From Glaucostegus cemiculus (taxonomy: Eukaryota), in NCBI GenBank assembly GCA_976551045.1, contig CDPCPM010000021.1, positions 1,116,001 through 1,180,000 of the forward strand: a stretch of DNA of 64,000 nt, in the 5' to 3' direction. The position numbers and the translations under genes were made by a program. The notes beneath the pieces were generated by a model, which saw only the letters and a program-made list of their open reading frames with translations, was not told the DNA's origin and did not search any database. Positions 1 to 13,547 of this stretch are shown piece by piece; positions within the stretch are counted from its first letter, which is position 1; each line of letters starts with the position of its first letter.

Positions 1-1312
1 AGATTGATGACAGAAGTTTGAAGAAGGCAGGGCAGTGTAAGTTGTCCATACGAACTTCAGTAAGGCACTTGACAAGGCCCCACATGGTAGTCTGATGCAG
101 AGGTTAATGCACCCAGGATCCAAGGCAAGCTAGCTAATTGGATCCAAAACTGGCCTGGTGATAGGAAGCAGAGGGTAGTGATGGAAGGATACTTTCTTGA
201 TTGGATGTCTGTAACCAGTGCTGTATCACAGGGATCAGTGCTGTTGATCATATACTTTAACTACTTGGATGTGAATGTAGGAGGTATGATTAGTAAGTTT
301 GGGAATGACATGAAAGTTGGTGGTGTTGTGGATAGCCAGGATGGTTGTGTAAGGCTACAACAGGACAGACAAGATGGAAAACTGGGTAGAGCATTGGCAG
401 AGGGAATTTAATCCCGATAAGTGTGAGGTAATTCATTTTGGGAAGTCAAATAGGGATAAGATATGTACAGTAAATGGAAGGGCACTAAGGGATGTTGATG
501 AACAGAAGGACTTTGGGGTTCAGATCCATAGTTCCCTGAAAATGGAATCACAGGTAGATTGGATGGTAAGTACTGTGCCTATTGTCTGACATGGGAGTGC
601 CAATGAAATCTCGTTGTTCTGTTGTCTCAACGGCTCAATGACAATAAAGCAATCTTGGATCTTGAAGGTGGCATACACTGTGCTTGCCATCATAGGTCAG
701 AGCACAGAATATAAAAGCTGGGATGTTGCAACTTTACAAAACACTGGTTAGACCACACCTGGAGTACTATGTGCAGTTCTAATCACCACACTACACTACA
801 CCACACCATAAGAAGGACGTGGTTGTGCTGGAGAGAGTGCAGAGGAGATTCACCAGGATCTCGGTTGGATTGGAGATCTTAGTTCATGGGAAAGATTAGA
901 TTAGCTGGGTTTGGTTTTCCCTGGAGCAAAGGAGGCCGAAGAGTGACTTGTTATTAAATAAAATTAGAGGGACAAACAGGGTAAATAGTCAAAACCTTTT
1001 CTGTCTGGTAAGGGTATCAAAAACAAGAGAGCATAGGTTTCAGGTGAGAGGAAGGAGTTTTAAAAGGGGATTTGAGGAAAAAGGTTTTTTTTTATATACA
1101 GAGAGTGATTAATATCTGGAACACTCTGCCAGAGGTGGTGATGGACTCAGATACATCATTACCTTTAAGAGACATTTTGACAGGCACTTAAATAGGTACA
1201 GAAGGATACATATATAGTGCAGTTAAATGGGATTAGTGTATATGGGCAAGAAGGTTGGCATGAACATGGTGGGCCAAAGGGCCCTTTTCTGCACTGTACA
1301 ACTCTATGACTT
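1..1312 (+). mobile_element. CR1-clade LINE (HER1-like), degraded 3' part of RT ORF plus 3' tail
   Basis: ORF pieces VTSAVSQGSVL, GGMISKFGNDMKVGGVVD and WQREFNPDKCEVIHFGKSN match the CR1 RT/C-terminal consensus. It ends in the tail gtgggccaaagggcccttttctgcactgtacaactctatgac and carries many frameshifts. Confidence 0.93.
571..664 (+). mobile_element. Short insertion inside the CR1: 3' end of another non-LTR element (Rex1/Babar-like tail)
   Basis: The CR1 text ...gtagattggatggtaag resumes as aaggtggcatacac after 94 bp that end in tgacaataaagcaatcttggatcttg. Possible aag duplication at 568-570 and 665-667. The family call is inference. Confidence 0.6.
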
Positions 1313-2415
1313 TAATTATATACCCAAATGAATCAATTTTTTTCCACAAAAGAGACTTTAAGCTGTGTTAACATACCATCAAACAGTATTGGGCATACTT
1401 TAATAACTGTGCAGTCCTCAAGTTATATTTTAGTGTGTAATATTAATAACTGCATTATGTAACTAGTAACAGCAGACAGGTGATCAATAAATACTTATCT
1501 GAAATCTATATATAGTCTGGGCTAGGAATTTTTTGCTGCAACCTTTTAAGTACATTATGCAAATGAATTTAATCTAAAATACTTGTGCTTCAATTATGAG
1601 ATTTCAAAAGTTCATTCTGATCTTCTGTACTCAAAATGTCAACATTCACAAAAGCTGCTGGACTCGTAGGGAGTGACATCTAACTGTGATGCTACTTGGG
1701 TAAAATTCATTTGCATAACCACAGAGAAGTGGGTCTTAACTTAAAGGGCAAGGCCTGCTTCTGTATTATTCAAAATGGACCAGCCCTGCCTGGTTTGTGG
1801 TCAAGGGAGTTAGAGGCTTCAATTTCCTGAGTGGGAGGTCTTTGATGTTCAATTCCACACATTTCCCTCAATGACAATGTCATATGATATGGTCCTGACC
1901 CCATCTTTGCCCCACAAAAGCCCTTACTGACCACCTCCACGTATCCTCATTCCCCACCAAACCACCCAACCACAAACCCAGCCCTCAGTATCTCCTCCCT
2001 TAAATGTTCTTTTTCTCTCTGTCTTGTCCCTTCACTTGATAATTCTGACTGCTTGTCCTATACTTCCTATCCTCTTGAAACAAATAATACATCCCAAGCA
2101 ATACAGGACATACTTGACTTCGATAGTGAGACAAATGTGCAGCCACCAAGGTCTTTGTGCACATTTACGTATGCTTTGCCTGTCCATTGTGCTGGCTTCC
2201 TTGCATCTTATGTCTGACACAATGATAGCACTGATGCGCCTGCTACAAAACTGAACCACAGCCAGGCGAGGTATCAGGACCATCTTGTGCCACGTGTATG
2301 AGAGATGTGTTGTCCTTTTTTGCCAATTGGCCATCCCCTTATATAAAGTGGCATCACCTTATTACCAGTGGATATCAGTGCTTTTCCTACCACTCTTGGT
2401 AATGAATAATTGAGA

Positions 2416-2792
2416 TAAGAACATGTGAAGCAGGACCAGCGTTAGGCCACTCAACCCCTTGTGTCTGCTCCATCAGTCAGTAAGATCATGGCTGGTCTGA
2501 ATATAACCTCAAACCTTTACTTCTGTCTACCTCATCCATCTTCCCCCAGTAACCAACCTTTTGCACCCTCACATTTTAAGCTCATTTCTATATCTGCCAT
2601 AAAAATATTCAGTTTGCTTCCAAGGCCCTTTGGAGAAAACAATTCCAAAGACTTACAACCTTCTGAGAGAAAATAAATCTCATCTCTGCTTTAAATGAGT
2701 GACCCCTTATTTTTCCAAATAGTAACTTCCTAGTTTTACATTGTCCCACGAAAGAGAACAACTTCTCCGTTCTGTCACAGCCGCTCAGCATC
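2416..2792 (-). mobile_element. CR1 LINE 3' fragment
   Basis: Minus ORF 2609-2791 ...GHSFKAEMRFIFSQKVVSLWNCFLQRALEA; reversed CR1 tail ataagaacat...ctgctccatc...aagatcatggctg. Confidence 0.85.
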
Positions 2793-5700
2793 TTGCTGAT
2801 TGTATCATGGAAAAATAATTAGTATGTCACATGAAGCAAAGAATCAGGCACTGGAATTAATTATCTGAAATGTAAACAGCATTCAACACCCTTAGTTTGA
2901 CATTTTCCCCAAAGTCTGAAAAAAATATTTTTGCATTGAGTATTTCTTTTGCATTAGGTTTAAATTAACATTACATCTCCAAATACTTTGTTTCCTTAGA
3001 AAAGAAGCCATTTGTATCATTTCAGATCCCGAGAACCTTGAAGCTAATCTGCCTGGACCTCTCAGGTCATATGAGATCTTGCATGCTGCTCAAAAGGACA
3101 TGGAAAATCTATCCTATTATTTAATTAGAAATGTGTCACCTGTACAATCATAATTTTAAATATCTTCTCTGATCTTTCACAAGGTTGCCTTTGCTTCTCT
3201 GTATTGGGCAAGGTGAGAGATGAAGAAAACTTTTATGCATTGTGTCACCTTCAACTTCAATTGTTTTCCCACTTTTATTTGGATTTCCTCACAAGTATTA
3301 TGAGATACATAGTCACAAATCCATTCCCAGTCAATAACACTAAGTGTGTTGTATTTTCACATTGGTATGTTGTACTTTGCCTCAGAAATTCATTGAAAAT
3401 GGAAAAGAAATCAGAAGCAAAATACAACATGGTGACATGACCACACAGTGCACTTACCATTATTACCCAAAAACGTTCCAAACTAACCAAATCTACTTGG
3501 GTGATAGAAACACTTAAATATAATTACCACAGTAGAAAATGCTTCTTTCATTGGCTAATGAGCTTTTTGATTTTCCCTTCAATGAATCTTGCAAGCAGAG
3601 TTATCAGAGCTTGGCTGTATCCCAAATGTTAAGAAGATTCTTGTTTGGTACCACAGACACCATCCTGTGAATGTACAGTTTTATTGGCAGACTTTTCATT
3701 GCAAAGAATGTTTCATTGTGATTAATTGTTATTATCTGTCCAGCTTTCTTTGTGCCAGCCAATGGATGAAAGAAATATATATATTTTATTAAGAAAACTA
3801 GTTTCCTGCTCCCTCTATTGGTAAAGGCTAATAAAGGGCTATGCTGCCGTTTACTTTGCAGATAAAAATGTTCCCTCAAGAGTACATAATCCAAATTGCA
3901 AACATGGCTCAAGTGAATTACTAAAATCTATTTACTTTTCTTGTTTCACAAAAGACTTTGTTGCATTAGACATAGTATTATGAGTTAGCTGAATCTGTTT
4001 TCCTCAGAAGCCCTCATATATTTTCCATACCATTTCTGTCCAAGGTTTAGTTTGGTGCCTTTTGACCAGTGAGATCTGAACTGCTGTTTCAATTCCAAGT
4101 AAATCAAGGTTTTTTAGTGAAATAGATTTGTTACTTGCGCTATGCCTTGCCATCTACTCACAGAAATTGTGCGTCAGTTTATAGGTGGGGTAGGGTTTCT
4201 TATGTATTAGCCCCAAGGAGAAGTCCCCTTGAGTGACCTTAACCATAATACAGGCATCAACTCATAACTAATTTGACATATCCATATCGAATTGAAGCAC
4301 ATGCTAATTCTTCTGCTGTGGTGACGGAAGTATAAACTATTATTTCCAGCAACAGGAGTCCAACATTCCATTTTCATGTTTTCAGACTAGTTACAAATGT
4401 TGTTTCAACAATCAAGATTCTCTTTTCATTTTGAAAATGACCAAAGAATCGCCTTCTATCGTTGAGCTACAGAAACTTAAAAACATCCTCAGATCCACCA
4501 CAGTTGCAGAAGGCAGTGTTCCTTTGGTTCAGTACATCAGACTTGGAGCACTTGTCAGTTATAAATAATGTGCAGTTTAAATAAAATCTCCAGGCCAGTC
4601 CAACTTGATTTAAATTTTGAAAATTAGCTAGATCATTTAAATATTTAATCTTGGTTTGTAAGCAATATTCAAAATTCAACTCTTCTGTTTATTGAAGGCG
4701 TGAAAAACCATGGCTTTGTATGGAATAAATTGGTAACCTTGGCTGTTGACTATTGGAATAACGCTATGGGATTTCTGACAAGTGGATGGTATTATGCTGT
4801 CCATCTGACCAATGATTCTTTCAACCAGGAAGACATAATGGGTTGTGCTGTGAAAACCAAGTGGATGGCTCATCCTCACGACGACTAAATAGCTGCAGCT
4901 AGGGAGCTCACATCATAGTTATGCCTCATTTTCAGGCCCCATGTATTTCCTTTGTGCATTTTGAGCAGCTTGCTCGTTGGCGAGGAATGAAAGTGCAGGA
5001 AGAGGATGGGAAGATTAGGAGTAACCAACCTTGGGGGGAAATCCGTAAATAACTGCTTACATAGCCAGAACCTTTGTTGTTACACGGCCTGCAGCAGTGC
5101 TTTTAAGAACCACTAGTGCCAATGGACAGAACCTGTATGATGGACTCTGTACCCAACAGCTGCAATTAACTAGCAAAAAGCCCTGGCCTTCATTGACAAC
5201 TGGTCTCCCACTTTTTTTGGGGGCAGGAACATATGCTGCCCATTTTGAGACCCACCCACATCACAGAAGCCTCAGGCATGTGATTTTTATTCACTTAATT
5301 ATCAGCTGCTGCCCGCCCAGTTTTTGCAGGAGCACGAGGCAGTTTGCAGTTGTGAATAGGCTCTAATCTCTTTCAGACCTAGAACCACATCTGTGAGTCC
5401 TGAGACTATGCATAAAATCAATGGTTTCTTTTGGGGCTTATTGATGTATGAGATGCAGTGCTTACAGTCTCCACAATTGGTTTGGAAGCTGAGGCATCAA
5501 TTGTACTAAGTACTATTTCAGCTGCTCAATATATGTGAACAGGGGATTATTGCCGAGCATATTCTGTTTAGCCCATTTCCTTTTGTTTCTGGGCTGGAAT
5601 ATGCAAAGTCATCTGGCGGAAAACCACATGCACTGCCATTTTGAACTTGACCCACTAAAGCAATGAAATAAAGGAAGCTATAAATTTATTTGTGGTGGTA

Positions 5701-7362
5701 ACAAAATACCATCATAAAAACCTGCCAGGTACTCAGTGCAGTCTCTGATCCTTTACTAGCATCTTTCTTAAATTTCTTCTAAAATCCAAATCACCCCATC
5801 TCCTGTGAAGTTCAGTCAGAGCTTCCAAAGCCGATGATTTTTGAGGAATGTAATAATGTTTCTGGGACAAGTTCAACAACAAAATAAGATGTTTAGTTTA
5901 GTTCAACAGGGCAATAATTGGACAATCCTGCACCTATCTCCAAGTCTCAAAGTTCAGAGATTCAGTTTTACAATTGCCTCACTATCATAATTAGCAAACT
6001 GAAGTAAATAAAAAAGGAGTGAGACTCAGAGCAATAAAAGAGTATCCATAAGTAAGGGTTAGTATTTCCTAGAAGAGAGAACAGTCATCGGAAACAAATA
6101 CAATACATGCATTCTCACGAAGTCAAGGGAAACTGGAATACTGTGCTTTTGTGATGAAGAACTTACATTGCCAAATTGCCCTATTCCTCTGAGGCACAGA
6201 TGGCACAAAAGACAGCCACAGCCTTGTACACTGTTCACGGATAAGAAAGTGATGAGATACATCTGACTTACAGGGATTTATTTTTCAACTCGCTGTGATT
6301 CATGTGAACTAATCTGAGACCCAAACAGAATTTTCAATTTACCGTTTTAAAGAACTCTAATTTTAAAGTATTCTAATAAAGCTTAAATTCTACAGTAACA
6401 AACATAGCATTTGTGGGTGTGTTAAAGGAGAAGGGACGAGGAACAAAATCATATTGTTCCATTCTGTATTATAAATACTGATAGAGTGGAGTCAAGGATT
6501 AGAATTCAAACTGGACTCCAGGCACAGTAACAGATGGACATTTTGATCATCATCATTTCCTCAGGTCTAAGTAGAGCAAACACTGCTTTACCAAAACGGC
6601 AAATAACATTTTATGACAACTTATGATTACTTATTTTTTTAAAACACATTTTTATATCATCATAACAACTTGTAACTTTAACAAGACTTTATAGACTTTC
6701 CACTTAGTCCTTTCCTCAATAATTCTCCCATCTATCACTTTCAAAATGAATCAAAATGATTCCATGTGATTGTCAAGGTTCAGGGTTGGTTGGGGGGGGG
6801 ACCATGAGAGAGGTACTTCTGCTGAATAATTTAACAAGGTAAAGATTCTCCAATCTGGCCAAAGAATCTCCAGCTGAAATGTGGAATAACTTGCCTTTGA
6901 CAAAGGACAATATAGTGGTAGGGGATTTGAAGCTGGGGCTCTGAATGATCCGCTTTAGCTTGTAAAGGGATCACTGAAGAGCACCTATGCCTCTTTGGTT
7001 GCCCTTCCATGAGCACCCTTTTCAAATACTGTTGTTGCTGACTCTAATTCTTACTTATAGGGATGCTTATTATTTCATGTTCCTGCTGCTGCATTTGTCA
7101 ACAGGATCACCTAAATAAAGGAGACTCTCTGGGACAATTCTCATTAAGTGTTCACCAAAATGAACAGCAATGATTCTGGAAATTCTCTGGTGGCCTTGAC
7201 CTACACATTGCAAATGTCGTGCTATTCTATCATGGGAGGTCATCTTCCTCCTTTGAACACCCTGCACCAGAATCTTCAATGCTGTTCAGGAAGCATGGTG
7301 CCTCCTCCCTCGTCACTGAGCGGTCCTGTAACATTCTGCTTTGTGGCAGCTGGTGCAGTGTC

Positions 7363-8620
7363 ACAGAATCGTAGAGCATGGTCATTTGGCCTTACTTGTC
7401 CATGCAGTGGGCACCCTTCCATATTAATCCTATTTTCAGCAATTGGACCACAGCCTTCTACACCTAGGTGATTCAAGTGCTCATCGTGACACTTCTTAAA
7501 TGCACCTCAGTTTCAACCACTCAGGCAGAGCATTCCAGGTACTTAACACACTCTGGATGAAGAAGGTCTCCCTCACATCCCCTCTAAATATCTTCCCCTT
7601 TACTCTAAATCTATGTCCTCTAGTTTTATCTACCTCTGATCTGGGGAAAAGTATCTTGCAGTCTACTCTATCATGCCCACTCTTAACCTCCTCTGCTCCA
7701 GGGAGAACAGACCTAGCTTCTCCAGTCCCTCCTCATAACTGAACTGCTTCATCCAAGGCAACATCCCGGTGAATCTCCTCTGCACTCTCTCTGGCACTAT
7801 TACATCCTTCCTATGCCATGCTGACCAGAAATGCACAAAGTACTCCAGCTGAGGTCTGACCAAGGTTTTAGAAAACTGGAGCACAACCTCCCTGTATTCA
7901 ATGCCCCAACTAATGAAGGCCAGTATCCTATATGCCTTCCTAACCATGTTGTCTACCTGTGTTGCCATCTTCAAGGATCTATGGACCTGTACTCCAAGGT
8001 TCCCCTGTTCATCAATACTCCCTAAATCAATCACAGTATATGTCCTAGCATCATTAGCACTCCCAAAATGCATTGCCTCGCATTGTGTCTGCATTAAGCC
8101 CCATCTGCCATTTTTCAGCCCATTTCACCAACACATCAATATCTGTCTGCAGCCTGAGACTACCATCCGCAATGTCAACAACTCCGCCAATCTGTGTCAT
8201 CCACAAACTCTTGGATCGTGTCATCCATGAACTTATGGACCATGCCTCCCACATCCAAGTTATTCATGTATATTACAAACGGCAAGGGTCCCAGCTCTTT
8301 GTGGGACACCACTAGTCATTAGCACCCAATTGCAAAAACAACCCTCTACCATCACCCTCGGTTCCCTATTGCCAAACCTATTTTGGATTCAGTTTACCAA
8401 TTTGCCCTGGATCCTATGGCTCCTAATCTTTTGAACCAGTCTCCCATGTGGGACCTTGTCAAAGGGCTTACTATAGACCATGTAAATCACATCTACTGCC
8501 CTGCCCTCATCAATATATTTTGTCACTTCTTTGAAGTAGTGAATCAAATTGGTCAGACAGGATTTGCTCTGAACAAAACCACATTGGTCATTTCTGATTA
8601 GAGCCTGCCTTTTCAAGTGA
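7363..8620 (-). mobile_element. CR1 LINE, 5'-truncated, degraded RT ORF
   Basis: Minus ORFs QCGFVQSKSCLTNLI..DEGRAVDVIYMVYSKPFDKVPHGRLVQK and KTLVRPQLEYFVHFWS..ERVQRRFTGMLP..YEEGLEKLGLFSLEQRRLR. Confidence 0.95.
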
Positions 8621-10419
8621 TCATTAATCAGAAAAGTGGTGTGTGGTGGGTACATTTATTGCTCCATGAAATTTGCTCTAATCACAGACAAGTAGAAAAT
8701 TGCAGGGAACTAGTTTCGGATCTCCAGGCAAATGCAAATCATGGCAATCAGTAATTAGGACCAAAATTGTGTGCTAAATTGAAACTCTCAAACAGGCCTT
8801 TTTTATTAGCATAGTAGCCATTTAACATCTGCTTCTACCCTCTGGCCAAAAATCACACCCTTTGTGCATTTTGGGGAATGTTGTTGTACTTTAACATCCA
8901 TTCAACGCAGAATGAGAAATTATCATTTGGCCCAGTGAACTGTTTTCTTTCACCGAATATTATCCTTCGATGACTGCGTCAAGCATTTCCTTTGCTCCTT
9001 CAAGCCGCTCATGCAGCAACCCACCAAAAGAAAGCTCAACCAAAGAACTTAAAATTTAAGTATTAATTATTAATTCTGTTTCTTTCACTGTAGTTGCCAC
9101 CTGCCTCTCCTGAAAGTTTCCACTATTTTCTGTTCCTCTTTCATTCCACTTTTATTTTCCCTTGTTTTCGAGGTTATCACACAGTACATTAATCTTCTCT
9201 AAGGGATCTCTTAACCTCTGTCAAATGTTCATTCATTCTTACAACTTCAATTGGTTTTGGCCCACAATGTTGTCCGAACTGGTCAAACAACATTTCTCTC
9301 TGAAACAGCCTGGTTCATTACTTAGTCACTAGGTGAGGTCTTCGGTGTCTGGATTTAAAACACAACATATATAATTGCGCAAAACAAAATATTAGACTGG
9401 TCTGGAAAGTGTTTGTTCCCTTTCCTACTTCTCTTCAAAGGCCTAATTACCGTGACATCGGTAAGGTTCAAGTGTCAAATGCTCCCTTAAGCAGGTGGGG
9501 AAAACAAAAGAGTTAGCTTACAGTAAATGGAGTCAAATTTGTCCTAAATCAGTCAACATCCCGCTCTGTGCACACTTTCTCGTTTTGCATGGTTAGAGTC
9601 AGATCTGTTCAATGAACATTACACATTCAGTGCAGTTAATGATGGGAAGGGACTTGAAAATGAAACGTAGCAGCTTTTTCTCTCCAGCAAAATGCGGGAT
9701 GAATGTGAGCTTTCATGGAGATTGTACCTTCTGCTCACCATGGCTGCCATCAGGGTCTTCCGGTTCATATTCAGCACAGGTAGTGAGTAGGGATCAAGTT
9801 CCCTGTCAAAATTACAATCCTATCAATCTGGCTCCACTTCAGTGCCAGCTCCCAAAAGTCAAAGGACAGTGACTTCGCTCAATGCTCAACGAAGAGGATT
9901 CTGGTAGACATCCAATAATCAAAGTGAGATTTTGTTTCAAACTACACACAAATACGTTGTGTCATTCAATATCTCAAAATATCTAACTTAACTATTTCCT
10001 ATGACGTGCACTGCCTTTGTTAAGGTTATTAATTAAGTAATTTGCTCACAGTGTGACAAGAGGTCTGCATGATCATTTATTATTAATTCTGCTATAGTTA
10101 GGAGTTATCTTAAGCGAGTGAGTCTGCAAGCCAAAACAAATGCCTGAGGTGTCATTAAATATGAAGGAGTCAAAGCCTGAACAAGAGCATTATTGTTGCA
10201 TGCACTGCTCTTCCCACACCTCCTCACATTAGTTCATTTAAACTGTTGCTGATAAATGAAACAGATCATTGAAGTTAGTAAACAGAGCAAAAGAAAAATC
10301 TCTTTAATAGTACAAGCAAAATGACATCTGTGTTCCCCTTATCTCCAGTGTGTAACCATCCTTTGTACACTCTGTGACATTCCACCAGAAACCATTTATC
10401 ACTTTTCTTAATAAAAGGA

Positions 10420-10940
10420 AAAATTGTAATATTCCCTTTGTGACAGGAGGTGTATTGCTCTGGTCAATCCTAAATCAAGGTGTACATTCCAGGTTATCTG
10501 GCAAAATTTATCCCTCAACTAGTACCACAAAAACAGGATTATCTGCTCACTTTCATGTTGCTTTTTGTGGGAGCTTGCTGTGTACAAATTAGCTACATTC
10601 CCTACAGTGCAACAGTGATTAAACTTCTAAAGCAATTCATCTGAACAAAACACTTCGCGGTAACCTAACACACTGAATGAAGGCTTTCTTCCTGGTGTTC
10701 CGAGACCAAGTTCAAAATACTAAAGAGATTATTCTCCACATTTGCTACCTGCTCGAACTGATGAGGCAATCCAAGTTGCATTGTGGGATGCATATTACTT
10801 GCCTAAGGAGCTACATTCACCAGTTTCTGGGGCACAGACACACATTTGTGAAAAAAAATCACACTCCTGAATTGAAGGCTGGAACGAGAGACTTCTGCAG
10901 TCAGAAGATGTGAAAGGCAAAATATAAATGCTTGTCTTTT
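10420..10940 (+). mobile_element. Deu-domain SINE (SacSINE1-like), 3' part, tail apparently interrupted at about 10685-10905
   Basis: tttatccctcaac..aaaacaggattatctgctcac..gtgggagcttgctgtgtacaaattagct..; the L2-type tail tgaaaggcaaaatataaatgcttgtctttt is at 10911-10940. Confidence 0.7.
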
Positions 10941-11004
10941 TGGATGCATTGGCGTGACATATTCAAAAGAGTATGCAATAGTTTAAAATACATTTTAAGC
11001 TTTT

Positions 11005-12020
11005 AGGTCATAGAAATTTATGACACAAAAGTGGCCAACCACATGCATTCCACCCAAATATGCTCTTTTGGTTAAATTCATTTTTTGCATAGCAGATTGT
11101 GGCCACCAATGTGCTCATTGAGCTACTTTTTAGAGATGATGAGAATTTCTACTTTCACCACCCTTTCATGTAGTGAGCTCTGGACCCCACCTATTTGTTG
11201 TGCAAAATCACTTTTTCTCAGCTTCCCTCTAATTCGTCTACCAATTAATTTAAAACTATGGCCCCTCATTATCAACCTCTCTGCTAAGGGAAGTAGGTCC
11301 TTACGGTTTACTCTGTCTAAACTTTCCATAATCTTATACATCACAATTATGTCTCCGTTTCCTTCATTCCAGAGAAACTACCCCAATCTCTCCTCAGAAC
11401 TCTAATTCTCTTGCATTGGCAACAACCTCATGAATCTTCTCTGTACTCTCTCCAGTTCAATTGTACCTTCCAGTGGTGCAGGGGGCAGAAATGTACACAG
11501 CGCAGTTGTGGTCTGACTAGAATCATACAGCTTTAATATGATCTCCCTACATCTGTATTCCTTGCCTTGGCCAATAAAGACAGGTATTCAGTATGCCTTC
11601 TTAACTATTTATCTACCCTTTGGGCCAAGCACGACCTTCAGGAATTTATGAACATGCCTTACAATTCTTCCCATTTGGCACAGAAGAGGAGATGAGGCCT
11701 GAGGCAGATCTATCATGTGTATATTGAATGATGGGGCCAGCTTGAGAGGCCAAGTAGCCTACCACGCTCCTATTTTCTTTTGTTCTTTTTTATTGTAGAT
11801 TCCTCGGCCTCCCAAATGTGTCACCTCACGCTTCTCTGGATTGAACGTGCCCATCTAACCAGTCTACTTTTGTGCCCTAGATTTTTCTACTTCACCACCA
11901 GCCTCAAGGCCAACTTTAGTATCATCAGCAAATGTAACCCTTATGTTCAAATTCAAATCATTTACATGGACAGCCATAAAAAGCAAAGGGCTCAGAAATG
12001 AACCCTGCTGAATTCCACAG
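11005..12020 (-). mobile_element. CR1 LINE fragment, old
   Basis: Minus ORF 11123-11344 MYKIMESLDRVNRKDLLPLAE..RGHSFKLIGRRIRG; downstream text parallels 7363-8620. Confidence 0.85.
11676..11792 (+). mobile_element. CR1 3' tail nested in opposite orientation inside the 11005-12020 CR1
   Basis: gaggcctgaggcagatctatcatg..attgaatgatggggccagcttgagaggccaagtagcctaccacgctcctattttcttttgttctt resembles the reverse complement of the tail at 13548-13640. Confidence 0.75.
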
Positions 12021-13547
12021 TTTTTCCATAAAAGGAAAATTACACCTACTGTAGGTGTATGGTGAAACTGATTATAGTGCCCAGAGCTTTCTGTATCATT
12101 GCACTTTCATAAATTGATTCTCAGGAAATGATCCTCACCATCATCACCAGTAGTTGTTGTCCATTCATATGCACCCATGAAAAAAGTAGGCAAGTACGCC
12201 ATATAGATTTACCTGTATTCCAGGCAACACTCCAAGTACTTCAGCTCATCAGCTTAAAAAGGTGAAACAAATTTGTTTCACAAGCATTTCACAGAAAATA
12301 TATTTTTCCCTAAGAAACTATAGCAATAAAATAATTCATGAAATTGGTTTAATAACTGAAACTTTTTAACTTTGATTCACAGATGCCAATAAATTGTGTC
12401 TGACAAGGACAGTCAGCTTTCAAGCAGGCTATCATCCACAAGTTGATATCTGCAGACAAAGATCACAGTTTTGCGACCCCAAATTCACCAAGTGAATTTT
12501 TATATTGTTAAGATCTGATCCAATTCTTAAATGTGCTTTGAAACATTTGAAAAGGCTTTGTCCACTCATCAATAATTCATCTGCAGCTATTGGAAAATGT
12601 AAGTTTTTAACTACAAAGAAAAATAAATTCATTCTTAAAAACAGTAACAAGAAGGTGGTGTTTATTTAAGCTTGGTACTGTACACATTTTCTTATTCACA
12701 GATGAAAATGTGCCATACTCAGTATAGATTTTGGGATACTGGGAGTACACTGTCAAAAATCTAACCAATGCAATATACTTGCACCATCCACCTGCTACAC
12801 CGTGCCCCCCCGCCACACCCATGGTTTGTAATTCATTCAGGATTTCACCTATGCCTGTTGAGTGCAGCTGCAGCTTAGAATGGAATCATGTCTCCTGCTA
12901 CATTTATGGTGGTCGCTTTTTACATAATATAGACTTTTAAATTCAGAAACATGTACAGTAATTTTTGGAGATGGGGCACCCCTCTCACTGACGTTGCTCA
13001 GCTTTTACTGCTTAGAAAATGAATGACAACTGTTTAGGGCCATTACACTTTAGGTGCGCAATGGGTCAACAAACACCTGTTCCAAGGCCCCTCACTGGAA
13101 AATTCAGTAGAGCATACGACCCAAGGGATCCCAAGGTCCACAAATCATCTGCTGCCAGACACACATCATCATAAGCACTAGACTATAAAACAACCATAAT
13201 TTCAGGAAGCCCTTAATTTATTTATTACACTGCTAATGGATTTGATTACAGTCTATACAGGTATCAACACTCCTGGCATACCATTACATCTAATTTAACA
13301 TGCATTGATCATGAATGAAAATCCCATGTACACACTTCCTTCAGACTTTGTATTCATAATTTACTCGTTTTATTTTCCCCAGAGATCAACTAATATTGCT
13401 TATGTGCACAATTCTCACCAACTCCATACCTCATCCCTGCTATTATGAACAATGGTCAGGTTCTTGTTGTAGTCCAATTACAACAACTTTAGTCACCAAA
13501 TGCCTCTTGGCTTTGCTGCCCTAGGTCTGTCACTGCTGACAAGTGTC

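Noticed and set aside
4757-4783. The peptide NNAMGFLTS occurs in ORF 4700-4888(+) and again in ORF 51145-51618(-) at 51316-51342, with only synonymous differences
   Set aside because: The second copy lies in a non-coding Deu-SINE core (gatgtaaggaatcccatggcattatttgaa), and the similarity does not extend on either side. This is most likely coincidence or a tiny SINE remnant.
10757-10790. CTGATGA followed by a short stem, a possible extra hammerhead
   Set aside because: No GAAA box follows the stem, and there is no stem I or Penelope context.
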